Shown: one piece after another, positions 1 to 8,554 of the stretch | Position numbering within the stretch: position 1 is the first letter of the stretch | Layout of the letters: every line of letters begins with the position of its first letter | Notes under the pieces: model-generated | Database searches by the model: none | What the model saw: only the letters and a program-made list of their open reading frames with translations | What the model was told of the DNA's origin: nothing | Made by a program: the position numbers and the translations under genes | DNA from: a bacterium | GTDB taxonomy: Bacteria > Bdellovibrionota_C > UBA2361 > CALJRW01 | Assembly (NCBI GenBank): GCA_031385045.1 | Contig: JANNBC010000009.1 | Location: 16,186-80,185, forward strand | DNA length: 64,000 nt | Direction of reading: 5' to 3'

Positions 1-1188
1 TGGAACTCCTAGCTTGGTACTTTGCCCAAAACCAAAATCTCGCAGGCCGTTATAAAGATTTTCTTTACCCATCTTGAAAGCAATTTTGCTCATGCCAATA
101 TTAGAAGACTGCACAACAATATCTTTAACACTTAGCTGAGCAGAACCATGCACATCTTTTACTGTTCGTCGGCCAATTCGAAAGCGACCATTTTCCGTAT
201 TAAAAATTTCATCTAATTTTACAGCCTGAAGGTTAAGCGCCATAGCTGCAACCATTGGTTTCATTGTTGAACCCGGCTCATATGATCCTTGTAGGGCAAA
301 ATTAAAAAAAGCATCTCGTGAGCTTACCTGATCTAAGTTAAAATTTTCTGATGGGGCCTGCCCGAGGGCAATAACTTCACCACTACTTGCATTAAGTAAA
401 ACGGCAAAGGCACGCTTTGCCTTATGTTCGATCACAACCTTCTCGAGTTCCTGACTTGCGAATTGCTGAAACTCAGCATCTAATGTCAGTTGTAAGTTTT
501 CTCCTACAACTTGCTGATGATTAAAATTTTCTTGGATAATTTTTTTCCCTAGTGCATCCTTATAAACGGAAACCTCTAATTGCTCTGGACTCAGTAACTT
601 TTCATGAATAGCCTCTAAGCCTGACAAGCCATTACCATCTACTCCAACTTTTCCAATTAAAGTACTTGCCGATTGCGCAAAAGGATAAACTCTTCGAGAT
701 TCTTCAATCTCACCAACCCCTTTCAAATTATAAGCACTGATCTTTTCTGAAATATGTCGATGGATCTGCCTTTTGATCCAAATAAAAGGACTATCGGATT
801 GCAACTTTTTTAAAATTAATTCGGGATCCATTCGTAGTTCTTCGGCTAGAACTTTAACTACTAAATCCTTATTTTCAAATTCAGCTGGGCGAACAAAGAT
901 TGATGATGCGGGAACAGAGACAGCGAGTTCTAGTCCGTTACGATCTAAAATCTTTCCGCGCTGTGCAGCAATTTTAATCTTGGAGAGATGTTGACGATTA
1001 GCCCATTCAATCCATTTTTCAGGGCTAAGAACTTGTAAACTTAGTAAGCGGAAAACAAGAACGACAGTCCAAATTAAGATTAGGAAACTTATTAACCGCA
1101 GGCGAAGTAGCGGATTATAACTAATCTTATTACGATTACTATCTAAACTATAAAAACTGGAATTTGCTTTCGACTTAGCAGACTTCAT
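1..1188 (-). CDS. ftsI: Penicillin-binding protein 3 / FtsI (runs off left edge, partial)
   Basis: Translated by hand from ATG at 1188, which overlaps the ftsL stop: N-terminal TM, RGKILDRNGLELAVSVP, YEPGSTMKP (SxxK), QSSNIG (SxN), DFGFGQ; follows mraZ-rsmH-ftsL. Confidence 0.93.
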   Translation of the reverse strand, partial: MKSAKSKANSSFYSLDSNRNKISYNPLLRLRLISFLILIWTVVLVFRLLSLQVLSPEKWIEWANRQHLSKIKIAAQRGKILDRNGLELAVSVPASSIFVRPAEFENKDLVVKVLAEELRMDPELILKKLQSDSPFIWIKRQIHRHISEKISAYNLKGVGEIEESRRVYPFAQSASTLIGKVGVDGNGLSGLEAIHEKLLSPEQLEVSVYKDALGKKIIQENFNHQQVVGENLQLTLDAEFQQFASQELEKVVIEHKAKRAFAVLLNASSGEVIALGQAPSENFNLDQVSSRDAFFNFALQGSYEPGSTMKPMVAAMALNLQAVKLDEIFNTENGRFRIGRRTVKDVHGSAQLSVKDIVVQSSNIGMSKIAFKMGKENLYNGLRDFGFGQSTKLGVP

Positions 1189-1499
1189 TTCCTTAGGTAA
1201 ACAATCTGCTTAGGAGAAATATTTTGCATACCAAGGGCAAGTGCTTTGGCTTTAAAATGATCGGCACGAAGTAAAATTGCTTTTTGCAATTCTAATTCAT
1301 TCTTTTCTTTAATCATTGTTTGGTTAAGTTTTTTATAATCAGCTAAATCATAACCATACTCAACAGCACTAGCTTTCAAAGAAATTTTAAAAATACACAC
1401 TACAATTAATAAACTAATAGAGAGTGCCCAAGCGGTAACTGGTTTCATCACTCTTTCACGAGGACAGTATACTGTTTGATATTGTAAGCTAATTGACAT
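1185..1499 (-). CDS. ftsL: Cell division protein FtsL-like
   Basis: Small protein with one TM helix then a coiled coil, located between rsmH and ftsI. Confidence 0.75.
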   Translation of the reverse strand: MSISLQYQTVYCPRERVMKPVTAWALSISLLIVVCIFKISLKASAVEYGYDLADYKKLNQTMIKEKNELELQKAILLRADHFKAKALALGMQNISPKQIVYLRK

Positions 1500-1507
1500 C
1501 TGCTCTC

Positions 1508-2446
1508 CTAGTGAAAAATAAAATTTCTAAGTTTAGCGCTTCGACTACGAGGATTTATTGCAATCTCGTCTTCACTTGGCGTTAAAGCTTTTTTTGTTAC
1601 TAGTTGTCCCAGCGGCCTTGCCTGCTGAGCATTCCCAGTACCCCCCCATAAAGCGGGCTTTTGTGGGGGGTTGGCCCAATTGCGCATCGCGCGAGCAACC
1701 AGTTGATCTTCGATCGAATGAAAGCTGATAATCACTAGCCGACACCCAGCTGAAGCAATTTGTGGCAAAACTTCCAAAAGACGTTTGATTTCCCCTAACT
1801 CATCATTTACTTCAATTCTGATCGCTTGGAAAGCCAGAGTTGCAGGATTTATCTTTTTTTTTGGATTAAATTTTGCAGCGGAGTTTATTACTCGAGCTAA
1901 CTGCTCGGCATTTTCGATTGGACGTGCCTTAACAATTGCAGCAGCAATTTGCATCACACTTTGAGTTACACCACCAACTCTAAGTACTGTCATTAACTCC
2001 TTCTGGGAGTATGTATTTACAAGGTCATGCGCTGTCTGCCCAGAGGTTGGATCCATCCGCATATCTAGCGAGTCTTGATCTTTAAAAGAGAATCCCCGAC
2101 CCGTTAAAAGTTGGTCACTGGAAATTCCTAAGTCTGCTAAGATGCCATCAAACTTTTGAGTCTTAAAAACTACTGGTAATTCTGAAAAGCTTGATTTTAC
2201 TGGATGAAATCGATTAGGAAATTGTGCTAAAATATCACTGGCACGGTCAATTGCTAAGGGATCGCGATCCCCTGCATAAACTATATTTTGATAATTAGCT
2301 TCAAGAATTAGTCGAGTATGACCTGCTCCACCCAAGGTGCAATCTAAGTATTTTCCAGCTAGTTCAGCCTGCAAACAATCGAGAACTTCCTTGGGCATCA
2401 CTGAGAGATGGACCGATGGTAAATTATCTGAATGTTCTGTTTGCAT
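1508..2446 (-). CDS. rsmH: 16S rRNA m4C1402 methyltransferase
   Basis: DCTLGGAGH, DLGISSDQ, LDMRMD, FQAIRIEVNDEL, ISFHSIED, NPRSRSAKLR. Confidence 0.96.
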   Translation of the reverse strand: MQTEHSDNLPSVHLSVMPKEVLDCLQAELAGKYLDCTLGGAGHTRLILEANYQNIVYAGDRDPLAIDRASDILAQFPNRFHPVKSSFSELPVVFKTQKFDGILADLGISSDQLLTGRGFSFKDQDSLDMRMDPTSGQTAHDLVNTYSQKELMTVLRVGGVTQSVMQIAAAIVKARPIENAEQLARVINSAAKFNPKKKINPATLAFQAIRIEVNDELGEIKRLLEVLPQIASAGCRLVIISFHSIEDQLVARAMRNWANPPQKPALWGGTGNAQQARPLGQLVTKKALTPSEDEIAINPRSRSAKLRNFIFH

Positions 2447-2498
2447 TACTACTGTTCAAACTTAAAAGCTTAATTATAGCTATTTACTAATCCTCACC

Positions 2499-2553
2499 TC
2501 TACCTTCGCTTCCACCTTCGCTAAAGCTACGGCGGACGAGAAAGCTACGGTGA
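2499..2553. repeat. REP-like palindrome, nested copy
   Basis: TCCACCTTCGCTAAAGCTACGGCGGACGAG (2511-2540) flanked by CTACCTTCGCT and AAAGCTACGGTG. Confidence 0.85.
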
Positions 2554-2601
2554 ATGGAGTTTAGTTAGGGAGTGTCCAAACAAACCACTACCTGCTACCA
2601 A

Positions 2602-2651
2602 TCCGCCTCCACCTTCGCTAAAGCTACGGCGGACAAGAAGGCTACGACGGA
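2602..2651. repeat. REP-like palindrome, nested copy
   Basis: TCCACCTTCGCTAAAGCTACGGCGGACAAG (2608-2637) flanked by TCCGCC and AAGGCTACGACGGA. Confidence 0.85.
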
Positions 2652-2682
2652 TGGTTATTTAATTAGGCTTGTCCAAGCCTAA

Positions 2683-3204
2683 TTAAATATCCACATCTTC
2701 AAATAGATCTGGGTTTTCCATGAGAGCAGCTTCGGCCTCAGCGAAAACCATCTCCCAGACTCGCTTATCCCAAATCCTAAAGCCATGAATAGAGGAAGTA
2801 AACGTTGCTTCCTCTTCAATCCCTGCATAAACTTTTAAATGCTTTGGAATTAAAATCCTACCTGCGGCATCAATCCGACACTCGGCTGCGCGACTAAGAT
2901 AAAAGTTCTCTAACTTTTGTAGTTTCGCACTAAAACGACTTTTTTCTCGTAAACGTTGCTCAAATTTCTCCCAATCGCAAAGAGCAAATCCCTCTAAGCA
3001 TCTAGCTCCATCACTAATATAGTTAGTTAGGACAATTTGAGTTTGAGTTTTTTCAGTTAGAACCCGACGAAAATCGGCAGGAAGGCTGATCCTTCCCTTA
3101 TTATCAATTGAATTTACGAAATTACCGCGAAAAGAAAGCGAGGAGCTAAACCCCTCACCATCTTCTCTATCAAAACCTTTTGATGAAACCTGATCATTTT
3201 TCAT
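2683..3204 (-). CDS. mraZ: Transcriptional regulator MraZ
   Basis: FRGNFVNSIDNKGRISLPADFR and IDAAGRILIP (two AbrB-like repeats); upstream of rsmH. Confidence 0.95.
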   Translation of the reverse strand: MKNDQVSSKGFDREDGEGFSSSLSFRGNFVNSIDNKGRISLPADFRRVLTEKTQTQIVLTNYISDGARCLEGFALCDWEKFEQRLREKSRFSAKLQKLENFYLSRAAECRIDAAGRILIPKHLKVYAGIEEEATFTSSIHGFRIWDKRVWEMVFAEAEAALMENPDLFEDVDI

Positions 3205-3334
3205 ACGGAGGTATTAAATACTACATGACCTTCGTTGAGACATACTGCCTTGAATACGACATCATCTCTCAACAAAGGAGAACTTATTAACCCTACTAAT
3301 TGAGTGGGGTTAGAAACAAATGTGAGCTGCCATC

Positions 3335-3413
3335 CTACCTTCGCTTCCACCTTCGCTTCCACCTTCGCTTCCACCTTCGCTAAAGCTACGGTGGACAAGA
3401 AAGCTCCGGTGGG
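3335..3413. repeat. REP-like palindrome with tandem 12-bp left arms
   Basis: CTACCTTCGCT + (TCCACCTTCGCT)x3 + AAAGCTACGGTGGACAAG + AAAGCTCCGGTGGG. Confidence 0.85.
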
Positions 3414-3583
3414 TCAAATATTTCGTGTTTGAAAACAGTTTCCCGCCTCCCATAACTTTGGGAGACGAGAATAAAACCTTAAGAAAACCTGGGTCAGCAA
3501 TAACCTCTCAAAACAAGCTAAAAAACTAGTTATATTGAAAGCTTATCCTGTTCGAAAGCCTATTAAGCTATCAGCTTAACTTC

Positions 3584-3643
3584 CCACTTAATACCACTTT
3601 CTACCACTTCTTGATTTATAGATTACAAAATCTAACACCGCAA
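3584..3643 (-). promoter_or_regulatory. Sigma70 promoter of the dcw operon with three MraZ boxes
   Basis: Minus strand TTGCGG-17nt-TATAAA followed by AGTGG x3 at 10-bp period (CCACT at 3584, 3594, 3604 on +). Confidence 0.75.
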
Positions 3644-3873
3644 TATACTTTTTTATAAAATCTTAAATTATTTTTAGAGGCTTGAATTTATTAATGAAAT
3701 TATCGAAATTAGGTTGAGGCTTAGCTCGCTGGGCGATACGATGAATAAAGCTTTAGAAGAAAAGCTGAGGTAAATGCTCCCCCTGCACATCAAGCAAAGG
3801 ATGCAACTCTCAGAACAATGCTCCGAAACAAGTATTCGAACTTATTCTCTTAGAATGTAATTTAAAATAAAAA

Positions 3874-5715
3874 TTACTCTACAGTAACACTCTTCGCCAA
3901 ATTTCTAGGACAATCAATTTCTCTACCAAGCTTACGGGCAGTTTCATAGGCAAACACCTGTAGTGGTATTGTAGTAAGAATCGGAGTTATGAAATGATTG
4001 ATAAAAGGAACAAGTATTAAATCATCAGCAACGCTTCGCAACTCTTCTTCTCTCTCAGAGGCATCACTAATTACAATAATCTTACCCTTACGAGCTTTAA
4101 CTTCGGAAAGATTACTTAGTGTCTTACTAAAATAAGGCTCCTCTTTTTGAACAACAGCAACAGTTACAACGCTTGGATCAATTAAGGCAATCGGCCCATG
4201 TTTTAACTCACCTGCAGGATACCCCTGAGCAGAAAGATAAGTTACTTCTTTTAATTTTAATGCCCCTTCTAAAGCAATTGGAAAAGCAACTCCACGACCT
4301 AAGAAAAAGTAATTTTTATAATCTAAATATTTATCAGCTAATTTTTCAACTTCAGAATTACTTTGTAAGATCTCATGAATAGTTGAGGATAATAAAGTTA
4401 TATCGCTTAACTGCTTTTCTAGTTCCTCAGGGTTAATTTGTTCACGCAACTTGGCAAACTTAAGCGCTAAAAGATACATAACTAAAGCTTGGGTAATAAA
4501 AGCTTTAGTTGAGGCGACGCTGATTTCTGGTCCAGCTTGAGTTAACATCGAGGCTTTCACTTTTCTAGATAAGCTGGAGCCTAAAACGTTAGTAATACCT
4601 AGTGTTAAACACTGGCTGCCAATCAAGTCAATCGCAGCAAGAGTATCGGCAGTCTCTCCAGATTGAGATACGCAGATTAACAAATCATTCCCTTGAAAAA
4701 TTGGCTCTTGGTAGCGAAACTCAGAGGCCACCTCGACATCGCATGGAATACGAGCGATGCGTTCGAAGTAATGCTTACCAACTTGCGCTGCGTGCCAAGC
4801 AGTGCCGCAAGCAATAATTTTAATTCGGTGAAGATCTTTAATTTGAGTTGCCCAATCAGCAATTTCCAATAGTTTAAAATCTGCATGTGAAGCAACTAAG
4901 CGCCCTGACAAAGTATCATTGATTGCTTTTGGCTGATCAAAAATTTCCTTAATCATAAAATGTGCAAAACCACCACGCTGAGCTTGAGTTAAATCCCACT
5001 TAATTGTGGAAATATCCCGAGTAACCTTTTGACCAGCGTTATAAATAGCGATTTGATTACTATCCAAAACGGCGTAGTCATTATCTTCTAAATAAATGAC
5101 TTGTCTAGTATATTCCAAAATTGCGGTCACATCAGATGCTACGTAAAACTCTTTTTCCCCAATCCCGATGATTAGCGGACTAGCTCTTCTAGCTACTAAC
5201 AGCTGATCTGGATTACGATCACAAGTAGCCACAAAAGCAAAGCTTCCTTCTACTTTCTCCATCAACTTTGCTAAAGCAATTTCCGGCAGATTATGATCCT
5301 TAATTAAATATTTATTTAAGAGATGCGCGGCTACCTCAGTATCAGTTTCTGAATTAAACTTATAACCCTCAGCCTCTAAGTTCTTTCGAAGAATTTGGTA
5401 GTTCTCAATAATTCCATTATGGACCAAGGCTAGTCCACCAGAAACATGCGGATGCGCATTAATCTCCGAAGGACCACCATGCGTCGCCCAACGAGTATGA
5501 CCAATACCACATGCGGAATCCTGAAGTTTGGCTTTAGTAGATGTATTATTTTTGAGATTAATTAAGCGACCAACGGCTCGCTCTAAGGAAATTTGATGAT
5601 TAAGATTTAAGGCAACGCCAGCAGAATCGTAACCACGATACTCTAGCTTTTCTAAACCTGATATTAAGATATTAAGTGCTGGTTTGCTACCAGTGTATCC
5701 TACGATTCCACACAT
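3874..5715 (-). CDS. glmS: Glutamine-fructose-6-phosphate aminotransferase
   Basis: MCGIVG start, GHTRWATHG, SQSGETAD, ELKHGPIALI, PRNLAKSVTVE. Confidence 0.98.
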   Translation of the reverse strand: MCGIVGYTGSKPALNILISGLEKLEYRGYDSAGVALNLNHQISLERAVGRLINLKNNTSTKAKLQDSACGIGHTRWATHGGPSEINAHPHVSGGLALVHNGIIENYQILRKNLEAEGYKFNSETDTEVAAHLLNKYLIKDHNLPEIALAKLMEKVEGSFAFVATCDRNPDQLLVARRASPLIIGIGEKEFYVASDVTAILEYTRQVIYLEDNDYAVLDSNQIAIYNAGQKVTRDISTIKWDLTQAQRGGFAHFMIKEIFDQPKAINDTLSGRLVASHADFKLLEIADWATQIKDLHRIKIIACGTAWHAAQVGKHYFERIARIPCDVEVASEFRYQEPIFQGNDLLICVSQSGETADTLAAIDLIGSQCLTLGITNVLGSSLSRKVKASMLTQAGPEISVASTKAFITQALVMYLLALKFAKLREQINPEELEKQLSDITLLSSTIHEILQSNSEVEKLADKYLDYKNYFFLGRGVAFPIALEGALKLKEVTYLSAQGYPAGELKHGPIALIDPSVVTVAVVQKEEPYFSKTLSNLSEVKARKGKIIVISDASEREEELRSVADDLILVPFINHFITPILTTIPLQVFAYETARKLGREIDCPRNLAKSVTVE

Positions 5716-5790
5716 AAAAGTTTAATTTATAAAATGATTTAAACTTTAGTAGGAAGATACAAAAAGCTCTGGCTTACTAAGATAAGCTGA

Positions 5791-5819
5791 ATTTTATCAA
5801 TCCTAGGGGCAAAGGTCAA
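5791..5819 (-). promoter_or_regulatory. Sigma70 promoter of glmS
   Basis: TTGACC-17nt-TAAAAT with extended -10 TG on the minus strand. Confidence 0.65.
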
Positions 5820-5829
5820 GAAGCCTGTA

Positions 5830-6126
5830 TCAACTAGCTTTGGAGTTACGAAGATCAACCAACCTGCCGGTTGAAAACTTATGTAAAATACTTGCTATGA
5901 AAGTCTGATACGGAAGCCCCTCTTCACTCGCTTTTAACTGTAAATCTTCCAATAACTTTGCCGAGATACGAATATTGATGCGAGAATCTTTAGCTAAACT
6001 CAATTTAGCAGCAGATCTTATTTTTTTTATTGCCGCAGTTTGGTTCTTAACTGACTTCCACTCTCCTTGCTCATACGACTTTAAAAGCTTCTGTTCTTGA
6101 ATGGTTAATTTACTCTTTTTTTTCAT
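5830..6126 (-). CDS. Antitoxin, CopG/ribbon-helix-helix family
   Basis: KDSRINIRIS...KASEEGLPYQTFIASILHK; 6 bp downstream of a BrnT-like toxin gene. Confidence 0.85.
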   Translation of the reverse strand: MKKKSKLTIQEQKLLKSYEQGEWKSVKNQTAAIKKIRSAAKLSLAKDSRINIRISAKLLEDLQLKASEEGLPYQTFIASILHKFSTGRLVDLRNSKAS

Positions 6127-6132
6127 TTTTCT

Positions 6133-6417
6133 TTATCCTAAATAATCCTTTGTTGCTTTTCTACTGGGGATAATTGTCTTTAAAAAATACCGCTCAGAAT
6201 CTTCCACAAATGGGACTAAATAAACATAATCCTGTATGTAGACAAACATTACCTTTTGCCCTCTATAACGCTCAGAATTATGATGTTCGCGCACCTCAAG
6301 CAATTGTCCCGCTTCCAATGCAACTAAAACATCATCAAATGAAATCCCTCTTTCTTTTTGAAGCTTTACATTCTTAGCTAAATCCCAAGAAATTAGTTTT
6401 TTAAAATTATAATACAA
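6133..6417 (-). CDS. BrnT-like ribonuclease toxin
   Basis: WDLAKNVKLQKERGISFDDV...YVYLVPFVED...FLKTIIPSRKATK; start codon uncertain. Confidence 0.82.
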   Translation of the reverse strand: MYYNFKKLISWDLAKNVKLQKERGISFDDVLVALEAGQLLEVREHHNSERYRGQKVMFVYIQDYVYLVPFVEDSERYFLKTIIPSRKATKDYLG

Positions 6418-6426
6418 TGTGTGCCT

Positions 6427-6438
6427 TTTGTATACAAA
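6427..6438. promoter_or_regulatory. Candidate TA operator palindrome
   Basis: Perfect palindrome TTTGTATACAAA just upstream of the toxin ORF. Confidence 0.4.
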
Positions 6439-6537
6439 TTAGAATGATTGAAATTAATCATTTAGGATCAGTGAATCGAAGATTACGGAAAGATGTTGGA
6501 TTTTTTAGAAATTTATTTGAAAAAAACTTGGAATATA

Positions 6538-6737
6538 GGGAAGTTTTACTTATAGCAAAACGATTCGGCTTTGTCCTCCCTGCGGGTAAGGGGTTCGAAT
6601 CCCGCAAAGAACTTATAAATATATATGCGACCAGAGGGAGGTTTTGCTTCCAGCAAAACTATTCGGCGTTGTCTTCCCTGCGGGTAAGGGGTTCGAATCC
6701 CGCAAAGAACTTATAAATATATATGCGACCAGAGGGA
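6538..6737. repeat. 98-bp-period tandem repeat containing the tRNA-Arg 3' end
   Basis: 6577-6639 is identical to 6675-6737 (63 bp); the preceding ~37 bp are imperfect copies with a GTTTTGC..GCAAAAC-type palindrome. Confidence 0.9.
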
Positions 6738-6797
6738 TTCGAACCCCCGACCTACTGGTTCGAAGCCAGTTGCTCTATCCAGCTGAGCTATAATCGC
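6724..6797 (-). tRNA. tRNA-Arg (anticodon TCG), CCA not encoded
   Basis: GCGATTATAGCTCAGCTGGATAGAGCAACTGGCTTCGAACCAGTAGGTCGGGGGTTCGAATCCCTCTGGTCGCA folds as a cloverleaf. Confidence 0.95.
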
Positions 6798-7078
6798 GTT
6801 AAGTTTGGACATCTTTGTATACCAACTGGAAGATGAAAAGTAAAAGGGGGAATTAGATAGAACCTGGAGGAGGTAGGTGCATGTACAAGTAACCTAATGT
6901 TATCTCTCTAAGCGGAACTTCTGGATTTACTGTTACAGGGTCCCCACCACAATGGTCACGGAGGAAAGATGCTACGCTAAGATCTACACCACCACCAATA
7001 CCTAACAGTTCCTCTTTAAAAGTTTCAGTAACTCCTGGCGAAGCAGAATATGGCTGTTGTAAACTAGCAAATCCAAAT

Positions 7079-7600
7079 TTAGTGTTTGACATACGACTTA
7101 AAGCTAAATTTTGTAAAATCCTCTTGGGCAACTAGCTTAAAGTCTTGCTCAAAGCTAGGAATATAAGCATCACCAGAGTGCTTACCAGAAACTAGTGTAA
7201 GCTCTAGTCGATCCCATAGTGAGCTAGTTAGCTCATAAATCTGAGCACCTCCAATAATCCAGAGTTGCTGAGATTCGTACTCACCTATGCCATCTTTAAA
7301 CTTCTTAATAAAGTCTACAGGATCGGTAACTATAGTTATGCCGGACTCCGACTTAAGTGATGCAGGATTTCTACTAATTACAAAATTTTTTCGATTTGGA
7401 AGTGGTCTAAACTTAGTAGGCAGTGAAAAATAGGTTTTACTGCCCATTAAGACATTATGGCCCGAGGTTAACTGCGAGAAGTGCTTTAAATCTTCAGGTA
7501 GATGCCAAGGAATTTGGTTATTTTGACCAATTAAATGCCCTTCATCACAAGCAACAATAGCAATCACTTCGCGCTTAGATTCAGAATCTTTAGTAAGCAT
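7079..7600 (-). CDS. folA: Dihydrofolate reductase
   Basis: IGQNNQIPWHLPEDLKHF, VLMG.KTYFSLP, RPLPNRKN, IIGGAQIY; next to thyA. Confidence 0.96.
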   Translation of the reverse strand: MLTKDSESKREVIAIVACDEGHLIGQNNQIPWHLPEDLKHFSQLTSGHNVLMGSKTYFSLPTKFRPLPNRKNFVISRNPASLKSESGITIVTDPVDFIKKFKDGIGEYESQQLWIIGGAQIYELTSSLWDRLELTLVSGKHSGDAYIPSFEQDFKLVAQEDFTKFSFKSYVKH

Positions 7601-7602
7601 AT

Positions 7603-8409
7603 TTATACCGCAATCGGAAATTTAATTGCTGGATCTGGATAATAATCGGTAATCTTAAAATCCTCGAATTTAAAACTAAAGATGTCTTTTACTTCTGGAT
7701 TAATTTCAATACCAGGCAATGACCTAGGGGTTCTTTTTAACTGCTCATGCACACCATCAAGATGATTGGAATAAATATGCACATCGCCAAAAGTATGAAT
7801 AAATTCATGAGCCTCATAGCCTGTTACTTGGGCAATCATTTTCAACAACAAAGCATAGCTAGCAATGTTAAACGGTACACCTAACATCAAATCAGCAGAA
7901 CGCTGATACAACTGCATACTTAATTTATTTCCTGTTAAGTAGAGCTGAATTAAAGTATGACAACCTTGGGGAGCCACTTTTGGTTGATCAGAAGGATTAA
8001 ATCCTAAGATAATATTTCTTCGACTATAGGGGTCATTCTTTAGAAGATTAATGCACCGTTGTATTTGATCTGTCTTCCCAGTTGGGCCTTCCCAATTACG
8101 CCACTGTTTTCCATAAACAGGTCCAAGATCACCATTCTCATCAGCCCATTCATCCCAAATAGAAACGCCTTGATCGTTTAAATATTTAACATTGGTATCA
8201 CCATTTAAGAACCAGATTAACTCATGGATAATTGATTTAAGATGCACCTTTTTAGTCGTGAGCAATGGAAAACCATCGGCTAAATGAAATCTTAACTGCC
8301 GGCCAAAAACAGAATAAGTACCCACTCCTGTCCGGTCTGATCTAAAATCAGTATCTGCGGGCTTACCGTTTTCCAAAACATCACGAACTAAATCCAAATA
8401 TACTTTCAT
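7603..8409 (-). CDS. thyA: Thymidylate synthase
   Basis: [44 protein letters not shown]. Confidence 0.97.
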   Translation of the reverse strand: MKVYLDLVRDVLENGKPADTDFRSDRTGVGTYSVFGRQLRFHLADGFPLLTTKKVHLKSIIHELIWFLNGDTNVKYLNDQGVSIWDEWADENGDLGPVYGKQWRNWEGPTGKTDQIQRCINLLKNDPYSRRNIILGFNPSDQPKVAPQGCHTLIQLYLTGNKLSMQLYQRSADLMLGVPFNIASYALLLKMIAQVTGYEAHEFIHTFGDVHIYSNHLDGVHEQLKRTPRSLPGIEINPEVKDIFSFKFEDFKITDYYPDPAIKFPIAV

Positions 8410-8554
8410 ACTAATTTATTTTACGAAAATTCTCTTGCAAATCTTTAGGTTTATTGTTCATAAATATTCTTGCCAATCTTGGTGCAACCAAGTTGGAAAG
8501 AATCAATAACAACAAAGAATTGTGTCCATTTACCGATTATAATTTCTGGGTCAT

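Noticed and set aside
3201-3398. 65-aa ORF with AKVE repeats
   Set aside because: The repeats are the translation of the stacked 12-bp REP arms; no coding evidence.
3205-3873. RNase P RNA upstream of mraZ
   Set aside because: No GAGGAAAGTCC or AGAACCCGGCTTA signature seen on either strand.
5716-5790. glmS ribozyme
   Set aside because: The predicted leader is only ~70 nt and AT-rich, with no ribozyme core recognised.
6577-6700. Extra tRNA genes suggested by GGTTCGAATCCC on the plus strand
   Set aside because: Only a T-arm-like piece; no D-arm, anticodon arm or acceptor stem.
6417-6716. 99-aa plus-strand ORF
   Set aside because: Runs through the tRNA-linked tandem repeat; likely spurious.
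6853-7131. 92-aa ORF downstream of folA
   Set aside because: Overlaps folA and has no recognisable motif; could be real but I cannot support it.
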